From an uncultured bacterium (lineage in GTDB: Bacteria; UBP14; UBA6098; B30-G16), in assembly GCA_965552135.1 (NCBI GenBank), contig CBEVQY010000025.1:1-46518 (forward strand): DNA of 46,518 nt. Reading direction: 5' to 3'. Positions 1-10,300 of the stretch are shown here, piece by piece (the first letter of the stretch is position 1; the number at the start of each line of letters is the position of its first letter). Under the pieces are notes generated by a model. That model was not told where the DNA came from and searched no databases. It saw nothing but the letters and a program-made list of their open reading frames with translations. Both the position numbers and the translations under genes were made by a program.

Positions 1-1151
1 AAAGGACACGGCGGAACGGTGACCATGTAGTCGTAGGTCACGCCGATCCTGGTGATATCGCACGAGGAGGTCCAGTCGACCCCGTCGACTATAACCTGTA
101 TCGTCGACTCATCGACACCCGCGCCGCCACCGTCACGAACGGTGAATATCACCGCGTCGTGCGCATCGAGGGTATCTATTGCGTGGATATCGATGGGTTC
201 GCCGTCGCCTGTGGTCCACTCATCCTCGGGGAACGTGGGCGGATCGCAGTCCATCGGCGGCTCCTCGCGCGTGTGGAAACACCACGAAACGGTGTCCATC
301 GCGTGGGCAGAATCGGCAAGGTCCATCGCCCAAACGTAAACGCAGATGTCGGCATCGCCGGGGAGAGTGTCGGGGTAGATGTAGAGGAAGTGATAGCCGC
401 CAGGGATGGGGAACAGGGTGCCGTCGTCGGTGATCTCAAACGACGTGTCGGGGAACTCCAGAAGCACCCAAAGGGTTGTAACGTCGACCCCTGCGACATC
501 ATCGGTTATGTTGAAGGCTATGGAGTCGTTCCGCGGAACCGAAACCGCTCCGGGCTCGGGGTGCTCGTTCGTCACAACGGGGGGGTTGTGGTCAACGCCG
601 CCCACCATCGTAACGCGGAGCACCGCCTCGTTGCCGGGGTTGAGGAAGAACGAGTCGGTTGTCGTCATATCGACCCATTCGTCGTCGGGCGGATAGTCGG
701 TGGAGTATTCGGTTCTCTGGCAGATCTTCATCTCCTCGGCCCACGCCAGCGCCCTGAAGAGGGTCGACTCGGGCGCCTCCACAGGCAGCGTCGTATGATC
801 CCAAACCACAAGCCGCGGATTGGGCGAGGGATCACCGGATACGCGGATGATCCACTCCTCCACCAGGCTGTCGCTGGAGCGGTAGTCGGTTGTGAGGTAG
901 TTCGTTCCGGGTGGCAGCCCTTCGGTGCACGGCGGAACGAAGTACGCCGCAAACCCCCAGGGCGTCGGTATCCACGGCACGTCCAAACCGTCGTCGTAAC
1001 AGTCGGTGCCGCGGTAGTCAACGCCAAAGGTAAGCGTCGTGTGGTAATCTCTCTCTCCCGAATAAACGGTGAGGGGACAGCTCCAGTCCTGACCCAAGGC
1101 GAGTCCCAAAAGCCCAACAACAAAAGTCACGATAATTACAACTCTTCTCAT
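1..1151 (-). CDS. Secreted Ig-like-repeat surface protein, 3' end outside window (missing from ORF track)
   Basis: Hand translation from ATG at 1151 (SD-like AAAGGGGGAG upstream): MRRVVIIVTFVVGLLGLALG|QDWSCPLTV..., open to the window edge. Signal peptide, then Ig-like units starting DHNPPVV..P.PGA..VPRN..I.F.ITD..AGVD and DCDPPTF...VRDGGGAGVDESTIQV. Confidence 0.85.
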   Translation of the reverse strand, partial: MRRVVIIVTFVVGLLGLALGQDWSCPLTVYSGERDYHTTLTFGVDYRGTDCYDDGLDVPWIPTPWGFAAYFVPPCTEGLPPGTNYLTTDYRSSDSLVEEWIIRVSGDPSPNPRLVVWDHTTLPVEAPESTLFRALAWAEEMKICQRTEYSTDYPPDDEWVDMTTTDSFFLNPGNEAVLRVTMVGGVDHNPPVVTNEHPEPGAVSVPRNDSIAFNITDDVAGVDVTTLWVLLEFPDTSFEITDDGTLFPIPGGYHFLYIYPDTLPGDADICVYVWAMDLADSAHAMDTVSWCFHTREEPPMDCDPPTFPEDEWTTGDGEPIDIHAIDTLDAHDAVIFTVRDGGGAGVDESTIQVIVDGVDWTSSCDITRIGVTYDYMVTVPPCP

Positions 1152-1273
1152 AGTTTCTCCCCCTTTGTGTTGTTCAAAAATCCGACTCAAAACGCGTTCA
1201 AAACAAAAGGCGTCTACACGCCGGTCTCAAAACTTCAACCTTTTGCTCGAAAAGGCACCTCCTTTCCCAAGAG

Positions 1274-1306
1274 CGGGTGGGGCTCCCTGCGAAGGAGCCC
1301 CACCCG
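1274..1306 (-). terminator. Perfect 13-bp GC-rich hairpin after the giant gene (terminator or mRNA-stabilising stem)
   Basis: CGGGTGGGGCTCC-N7-GGAGCCCCACCCG, 10 nt after the TAG at 1317. The U-tail is weak (CTCTT). Confidence 0.6.
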
Positions 1307-1316
1307 AACCTCCGTC

Positions 1317-4300
1317 CTACTTGGAGAGCAGCAGCCGCTTGGTGTCGCTGAAGGAACCGGCTTTGATCCTGTAGAGGTAGACGCCGCTTGCGACGGGTGT
1401 GCCGCTGTCGTCGGTGCCGTCCCACACAACGCTCTTGTAGCCCGCGCTCTGCTCCTCGCACACCAGCGTCCGAACCTTGTGACCCGAGAGATCAAACACC
1501 TCGATCCTCACGTCGCAGCGCTTGGGCAGCTGGTAGGTGATGACCGTGGCGCTGTTGAACGGGTTCGGGAAGTTCTGACCGAGCGCAAACTCCTTCGGTA
1601 TCGCCCGCTTCGCCGCAACAACCTCGTACTCACCTGCCGGCAGCGACACCCGGTCGATATCGGCAAGCGCTATCCTCGAGCCGTCCTTCGCAACCAGGTA
1701 CAGCTCGTACTCGTCGGCAACACCGCTGAGGTCGGGCGTGAGGGTGAAGGCGTCATGAGCGACGAGCCTCCAGCTGATCTCGTCGGCGGCAGCGCGGTAG
1801 TCCGCAGCGAGGTGACCGGCAAGGTAGATATCCTTCTGTCCGGGCATTGCGGGGATAGCGGTGGCGTCGGCGCCGTTGTCGAAGCCATCGGTGCCGTTCT
1901 GGGCAACGCCGACCACAAGCGTCCTGTGGACGTCGCTTCCCGCAACCTCAAGCTTCGCCGACCAGAGCGGCGTCGCAAAGCGCTTCCTAAGCGAGTGCAC
2001 GACCTTGCCAGCGCTCACGTACAGCGAATCCACTGTACCGTCGACCCACACGAGGTGACCGCGGCACTGCTCAAGCGTCGTCGTGGGCACGTAGTCGGGG
2101 ATCAGGCAGTCGTAGTAGTAGACCTCGCTTTCGTTGAGCAGGTCGGCGGGATCGGTCACGAGGTCGCCGACGTCGACGCCGCCCCAAGGCGCACCGATGG
2201 TGTTCCACGAGGGCTCGAGGTTGTAGACGACGAACTCATCCGCCGAAAGCGGCGCGCCGCAAACCTCGATCGTCGTGTCCGTAGAGGCGAGCACAAGGAA
2301 CCCGTCGCCAACATTTATCGGATCAGTGGCGGGGACGAAGCTACCGCCGCGGTTGATGTAGACGGGCATCGTGCCGAACACAGACTCGATACTCAAGGAC
2401 TCGGGCACAACCGAAAGCGCCACAAGGTTCCAGCCGGCGCAAAGATCCCACGTGCAGCAAAGCTCGGGAGCCGTGACCGGCACAAGCGCGCAGTCCTGGT
2501 TGCCGGCAAGATCAGTGGCGCACACGAGAACCGTGTCGTACGCCGAAAGATCAGCTGCCTGCTCGTCGACGGAGCCGTCGTCGTTCACTGGGTACGGACC
2601 GGCGACGACCGTCGTGCTGTCGGCGGGATCGTAGACGGTGACGTCGACGTAGGTGCCGGTGGCGGGGTCGTAGTAACCGCCGCCCAGGAGGTTATCGTAG
2701 ACTGCGCCGGCCGATGCGCCGAAGCTCGCCTCCGTGGCGACAACGAGCGCGCCGTCTATCGTCGGAGGATCAGTGTCGATGAGCACGTACTTGCCGAACG
2801 ACCTGGACTTCTCAGCCTCCTCGTAGTCGAGGATGTTACCCGCAACGTCGCGACCCTTCACCAGGATCTTCGCAAGACCGTTTCCGGCGGGATCAGCGGC
2901 GACCGTCCAGCGATACCTGTAGGTGGCGTCCTTGAAGTACTCGTCGGCCATGGCGTAGCTGTCGTAGCCGCCGGAAGGCTGGTGCCAGAACGGCGTGGTG
3001 ACGTCGTCGGCGGCAAGGACATCATGCCACAGGCGCGCCTCAAGGACGTCGTTCGGATCGTCGGTGTGATAGCCGTGATGCGGCATGCCGTCTATCGTCA
3101 GGCGCAGGTAGTCCCACGTCCTGCCGGCCACCCACGGATCATAGGTGGTGTAGTCCTCGGCATCCGGCGCCTGGTCGAACACCGTCTGCAGCCAGGTGAT
3201 GAGGATGTCGACGGTGTCGGCGTTGGTCACCCAGATGGTCTCGCCGGGCAGGCTGTCGTTCACGCAGGTGCGCATAGGCGAACCATCACCGCGCCTGAGC
3301 TCTACGCTGTACTCGGGATCATACGTATCGAGCAGGATGTAGGTCGGGTGGCTGGTGGCGTAGGTCACGCCGGGGCTTCCAGCAGCATGCTCGTAGGTGG
3401 TGAACCTTATCTGAACGGGACCGTCGTAGCGGTTGTCCTGATCGTCGACAACCCAGTTGTACACGAAGTAACAGTGGGTATCGCCGAGGCAGTCGACGAG
3501 GCAGAGGGTATCGTCGGGATAGTAGAAGGTATCGACGACCCTGAGGTTCGAGCCGCTTATGTCGCCGCCGTACTCGTCCTCTATCACCATCACCGCGTAG
3601 TCGAGGACGGTGTCGTCGGGGAAGATCTCGAACAGCACGTAGATCGAGTCTCCCGGATAGCCGCCCTGCTCGGTGAACGGATGGCGCAGAGGATCAGTGT
3701 CGCCGGAGGTGTAGTCGGGGTTGGTGAAGGTCGTTATCTGGAACCTGTCGAGGTACTCGTGACCCTCGACTATGGGCGTATCGATCTCGACCCAGCCGGG
3801 GTAGTCGGGGTATTTATCCTCGTCGGTCCACGGGTAGATGTCGTCGGCCCAAGGCTGGCTTGGGTAGTTGTAGCTTGTCCTCATGAGGGCGTCGTCGAGG
3901 TCGTCGCCGCGCGCAAGGAACGCCTCGCGAGGAACGAGGATGTTGAACCTCGAGACGCAGGTGGTGTGGAACGCAACGTTGTACCCAGCGGGCGAGGTGA
4001 TGCCCGAAGCAACCCTGATCTCGTCGAAGGCGACGAACCTGATGTAGTAGAAGCCCGGGTAAAGCCTGCCGGAGCAGTCCCAAACCCAGGTTATGGTGTT
4101 GGTGGCCGGGTCGTACCAAGGATCAGGTCCGCCGGGAACGTTGGTGACCCTCAGGAACCCGCCGGAGATCGTGTCCTCTACGCCGGTTATCTGATCCACG
4201 AGTATGAACATCAGGTAGTCGACGTACTGAGCGTCGGAGCCGGAGAGGACTATCGTTATGCTGCTTGTGGTGGGCTGGAAGACGAGGGTATCGTCGCCTG

Positions 4301-7300
4301 CGGGAACGTCGCCCGTGGCGTCGAACACAACGGTGTAGCTGTGCAGGTCGGCGTTGTTGATCCACACGTTAAGCAGCGTGTCCGAAACGTACTCGTCGGG
4401 GTAGAACCTCGAGTAATCCCTCATCTCGATGGTGACGTACGACACGCCGTCGGGTGTGGGCAGGTCGGTCAGGTCGAAGCTGTCGCAAGGTATCTGAGCG
4501 TACCACATCGAGTCGGTCGGGTTGAACCAGATATCCGGCGAGCTCATGTTGTCTATGACGTAGTGATAGTCGCCGAAGTCGGTTGCCGGCGGAACGTCCG
4601 CGGGCGTCCAGGCGCTGTCGTGATACCAGACGACGAAGACGATCGAGTCGGTTATCGTCGGGTCGAAGTCGAAGCCGGTGACGGCGTTGCACCACGGAAC
4701 ATCCTCGAACGGTGCCCAGCAGGAGCTCGTGTCGTCGGTGTAGCCGGTTATAGTCCACTGACCGCCGCCGTAAGGTTCCTCCCAAGGATCGTTCTCGGTG
4801 TCGTCGCCGCCCTCGGCAACGGGCCAGCCGATGCTGGGCGCGTGATACCTCGTCTCGATGCGGAACGGATACTCGTGGTCGACCATAGTGTTGCCGGCGT
4901 TGTCGTCAAAGCCCTGTATCCGCAGGCGAGCAACGCCGTCCATAAGCTCGTCGCCGGCTATGACCATATAACCGATCCACTCGCGGTCGGAGTTCCAGCC
5001 GGGCTCGATGTCGGACGTCGTCGGCGGCTCAAACTCATCCACATCGCCCGCGTCGCTTGCGACGACCCTCCACATAGGACCACCGGCAACGCGCTCGTAG
5101 TCGGCGTAGTACTGCGCCAGCGGATAGAACCCAGCGTGCGCCTCGATGGGCATCACGGGGAACCAGTGCGTCCAACCCTCGGGCTGGAACCTGACGATGG
5201 CGCCGGTGCTCGGGTCGACCTCGCGCATGTCCATATTGTCGGTGAACCAGATGCGGACGTACACCGTGCACACAGCGCCGGGCTCGTCGGGCGGCGAGAA
5301 GTTGAACACGCCGATCAGGCTGTCCTGATCAGGTATCTCCCACGGAAGCCTAAACAGCGACGGATCCCAGCAGTTGAAGTCGACGATGGAGCCAAGCACG
5401 GGCGTCGAGTCGACGACGGCGCCGGTGGTGTCGTAGGTGTACTCCCAGTCGACGGTCTCGCGCACAGCCGTGCAGAACGCTATACCCTTAACGCGCGGCG
5501 GACCGTTGTCAAGACCCATAGGCGTCGACTGGACAGGCGCCGCGTTGCCCAAACGGTCCTGAACAACAGCCTCAGCCCAAAGGCTATCGGCTATAAGGAG
5601 CGTGTCCACGGTTATGTCCGTCTCGAACACCGTGGGAACATCGGGGTCGACGCCGTGGTAGATGGTGATGGGAGCGGCAAGCTCCATCGCCCGGGCAATC
5701 ACAGCCTCGTCCGCGCAGTTGTGGATCGTCAGAGCCTCGTTGGTGTACAGCCAGTAGGTACCGGGGTTGTACACGAGGTCGAGCGACTGGTTGAGCTCGG
5801 GGTGGAACATGTAGTGCAGCGAGTCGGAACCCTCCACGACGGCGGGCAGAGGCCACTGGGTCGCCCAGTCGACGTCGGTGCCGCCGCCAGAGCAGCCAAC
5901 GCCCGCGTCGCTTATCGACTCAAGCCTCACCCGAACCGCATAATTGGTCGGGTTCCTCTCGATGCAGTTGACCTCCTCATACCCGCTCACCGAAACAAGC
6001 GACGCAAACCTCGCCGTGGGCGGAGCCATATCTATCGTGTAGCTCCAGGCGTAGAAGTGGTAGTCGGCGAGGGTGTCGATGCCGAACTGGTTCGGGCCGC
6101 GGGTGGCGATCCTGACGATCACAACGAGGCTGTCGCGGTTGAGGTATCCGTACACGGGCTCAGCAACGAGCGTGACGGTGTCGCCCGCCGCGTTCCAAAC
6201 CTCGCTGTAGTTCACGCCCCTCACAAACGGCCAGCCCCAAACCTCGCGCGCCGTGGCGTACTCGAACGTGCGGTCGCCCGTGGCCGTGTCGACGCTGAAG
6301 GTGGAGTCGTAAACGGTATCGACCGCAACAAGCTGATCAAGCGGACCGATGGTGAGTATCCCTCCGTCGACGCAGCCGTGGTGACCGTAGGGCACGCCGT
6401 CCCTGAGAGGCATATAGTGCAGCCAGCAGTGCTCGCAGTCGCAGTCGTACCAGTCCTCGTACGACCAGATCTGAGCGCCGGTGCTGTCGAAGAGGACAAC
6501 CTTCACGTACGGCGCGTAGTTCTCAAGAAGCGTATCAGTCCTGCACTCCCAGATGATCGAGTCGGTACAAGACTGAATCTCGAAGGTGATGAAGTTAAGC
6601 TCTTTTGCCCACCTGTCGAGGTAGTAGTCGGTTGTGTATGTCGAAAGGAGCCCGCGGGTGAGGATGGCGTTGGCGGTGTCGCTGTCCACAACGTTCTCGG
6701 GAACGACGTTCCTGAACTCGAGCACATCGCTCATCTGGGTGTACTGACCGTGCAGGTCGGGCGGATAGGAGAACTGTGTGGAGGAGAGCCAGTCCTCGTA
6801 CGCGCCGTCGTTGAACCAGTCGACCTTGGTGACCTCAACATCCCTCTGGATGTAGATGGTTTCGGCGTGCACCGGTTGCCAGTTCGGGTTCTCGTAGTCG
6901 CAGTAGTTGTGGCTTTCGGCGCTAAGCCCGTTGGAGTCGTAGTCGAGCGTTGCGCCCGCTTCGGCGTAGAAGTGGGACGTGCAGCGCCACGAGGTGTATC
7001 CGCTGTATGCCGCGGCGTCGTCGGGATCGAGGTAGCCCGCGGCGGTGTAGCAGTCGTCCTCGTGGTGCCAGCTGAAGTAGTCCGAAGGACCGCTGCCGCC
7101 AAGGTACGGACCCATCCAGTTCTGCTGACGCTCCGTGGCGGGGAACCAGGGCACCTGCACCGCATCGCCTGCGTAAATCTCAACTATCACTGTGTCGCCG
7201 GGCTCGAAGAAGTGGCAGTTCTGGGTCGTGGAGTCACCCCAGTAGAGGCTCAGGATAGCCTGGCGCTCGGGATCCTCGGGGTCATCGACGAGCGAAACGT

Positions 7301-10300
7301 GCAGGTACCTGCCCCACCTCTCCGCGTCGCCGCAGCAAGGTGCCCAGTAGCAGCTGTCCATATCGTGCCCGTAGTAGGCGGTGAAGTAGGTGTTCAGGTG
7401 ATCGTCGTCGTGGTAGACGACGGTGCTGCCGCCAACGGGAAGGTCGTTTATGAATATCGTATCGGCGTTGGGGATGCTATCGCCGTCGCAGTCCTCGTCG
7501 TCTATCGTTATGATCCTCACGTCCACCGCAGCCATATCGGCAACCCACTCGTCGCACCACGTGGGACCAATGCGGTCGCTTACGTCCTTGAGGGTGAAGT
7601 TCCAGCCGAACGGGCACTGCGTGAAGTCGGACACCACGAACTGCGGCGGGGTAGCGTCAACGTAGAACGTCCAGCGGGCGACCTGACGAGGCTCAAGCAC
7701 AAGACCATCCGGATCAAGCCTGTCCTCCGCCCAGTTCATGCCGGGCACGTAGTGGGTGAACGAGAACTTCTGCACGCCGTCGGCATAGGTTCCAACGACC
7801 TCGCAGCCGCCCTCGCTGTGCGGACAAGGACCGAACCCCGCGCAGCCGTCGCAGCAGTTGAGGTAGGCGTTATCGCAAGCGTAAACCGTCACGCAGACCT
7901 CATCGCCGGGGCGGAACCTAAGCTCCCTCAAACCGCCCGGCGTGGGATCGTAGTACGGGTCGAACACGACCCTCGTGCCCCACCACTCGGTGGAGCCGTT
8001 GTGCATGCGGATCTTCTCCACAACAAGGTTCGGAATCGAAGCGGGGTGGGTCGAAGGCGTGCCGCCGGTGTGGATGACGAAGTTCCTGCCCTCAGGTCCG
8101 CCGTACTCGGGGTGCCAGCTGCCGTCGCAGCCACGTACCTTGATGTTCATTATGATCGAGTCGGCGTGCACGCCCGAAACGCCGTAGTAAAGCGGACCGA
8201 ACGTCCCAACGGGATCGTCGTAGTTGGCGGGATCGTCAACGCACGGTACGCCAACCTGGTCGAAGATGTCGCAGGTTATGACCTGGAACGTGTCGGAGGT
8301 CACCCAGCCGTGAGGCGGATAGTAGAGCGTATCGGGCGCATAGGGACCGACGAGGTCGATCCTTACGATGCCGAGGGTATCGGGGTGATAGTCGGAATAT
8401 CCGGGGCAGCCCGCCGAGACGGGATCCTGCATAACGGGGGTGTGATCGCGCTCGTAGTCGCTTGTGCCGTAGTTCGGGTCGTTGCCGCCAGCGCCGCACC
8501 AGCTCCCGTCGCTTGAGACCTGAAGGTCGACCGAACCATAATCGTACGGGTTAGCCTTCTGCGAACCCTGACCGAAGTCGGGGTCGTCGAAGAACCTGGT
8601 AAACACAATGTAGACCTTGTCGCCCGAGTTGAGGCGGAAGAGGTTCGCGTCGGGACGGCTGGAGTGATAGAGGTTCTCGAAGCTTACGTAAAGCTCGCCC
8701 TCTGTGCCGTCGTCACTTTCATCGTAGTAAACGCCCTGGACGTAGTCGCCGCAGTAGAGGAAAGGCTGCATATCGTCCTGCGTGACGGTGAGGACATCGA
8801 CTCCCGTCTCGGTGCAGCCGGCCTCGGTGGCGACGCCAGCGCGATGGATGTAGAACGTTATCTCAAAGTCCCTGACGTTGAATCCCGAGCCGCCGTACGC
8901 GCCGGTGAGGGTTGGTCCGTGCGTCGAGGCGTCGTGAACGTCGGCGTAGTTGTCCGTCACGTGGATGTGGAACATCGGCAGCGAATCGGCAAGCCAGATG
9001 AAGGGCACGCTCGAACCCTCGATCGTGTCGAACCTGTTGTAGTTGTCATCGTAGGGCGAATAATTCCTGAACTCCCTCGTCTCGTTGTCGTGACCTTCGG
9101 CTGTGGGGCAGACCAGGCTCGCCGTAGGACCGGAGAGGTCGACGACGAAAACCCAGCTCGTCTCGGCGTAGGTGGCGTACTCAAACGGATAGAAGTGGTC
9201 GTTTCTGTTGAAGACGCGCACCGTGACCTGGACGAGCGCACCGTCGAGGAACGGATCGAGGTAGTCGTCGCCAGCGCCAGGACCGTCGTAGCCAACTGCG
9301 ATCCAGAACGAGTCGCTGCCGCAGCCATCCACGTTGATAACTACGCCCGCCTCGTTGTACGTACCCCACGAGGGCGTTATGTGCTCCTCGATACAGAGCG
9401 GATCGTTGCCGTCGCCCTTTATGTAAACCTCCCAGCCTGCGCCGTTGCCACCGTTGGCTGTATCGTACGAAAGCGTCATCGGATTGCGGAAGAAGACGGT
9501 ATCTATTCTGCACGGGAAGGTGCCGCCGTTGAGGTAGCGGATCTCGACCCAAGCCGAATCGAGACAGGTCTGGCGGTCCTTGGCAATAAACGAGATGAGC
9601 TGGATCGAGTCGGCGGTGTAGATGTAGAGGTCGTTCACCTCGGGCTTGGAGGGATATGAGCACCACTCGTGCTCGGTGAGGATATCGCCGTAGGTCGGAT
9701 CAGCGCCGTCGATGTTCACGCAGTCGGAGTGGGGTCCGTTCGAACCGACGGCGTTGTTCGGATAGAGCGCATAGATGTAGGGCGGAATGGTATCCTGCCC
9801 GACCAGGTACTCCGCACGATACCACCTCTGGCGCAGGGGATCGGACGGCGGCGTCGTGTCGGGAACGACCTCAACGCAGCCCTCAGGCGGAACGGAAACG
9901 TGCTGATAGGCATCGCTCATGTAGCAGTAGAAGTCGTTTATCGACTCTATGCCCACGTAGAAGGTGTCGAGAACCGATATACCCTCGACGCCGGGCGTCG
10001 ACGCGTCGCAGCCGTGGCAGCCGTTGGAGCGAAGCACAACCCAAATCCTCTTGAACGGAAGATTCCTGCCGCTCCAGCTCGCCTGAGGCGGAACGGCAAT
10101 CGGATTCTCGAACGGAAAGATAGCCTGCCACTTCTTAAACGTCCCCAAGGGCGTCGTCTCGGTGCCAACCTTTATCCACTTGAGCGTGGGGTCCGAAGGA
10201 TCAGTGGGATCGAAGGTCCAGTGGATCGTTGCCGTCGTCGGATCGTACGGTGTGGTGAACTCAACGTCGTACGAGACGGCGGAGGTGATAAGCTTTTCGG

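Noticed and set aside
1152..1319. Stop-codon readthrough fusing the giant to the in-frame downstream gene
   Set aside because: A second in-frame stop (TGA) follows 30 codons after the TAG, a strong hairpin intervenes, and the downstream gene has its own SD and signal peptide.
159..8516. 2,785-aa plus-strand ORF
   Set aside because: It is the exact antisense frame of two real minus-strand genes that happen to share a frame. Their avoidance of TTA/CTA/TCA codons removes stops on the opposite strand. The product is V/R/G-rich with no motifs and no SD.
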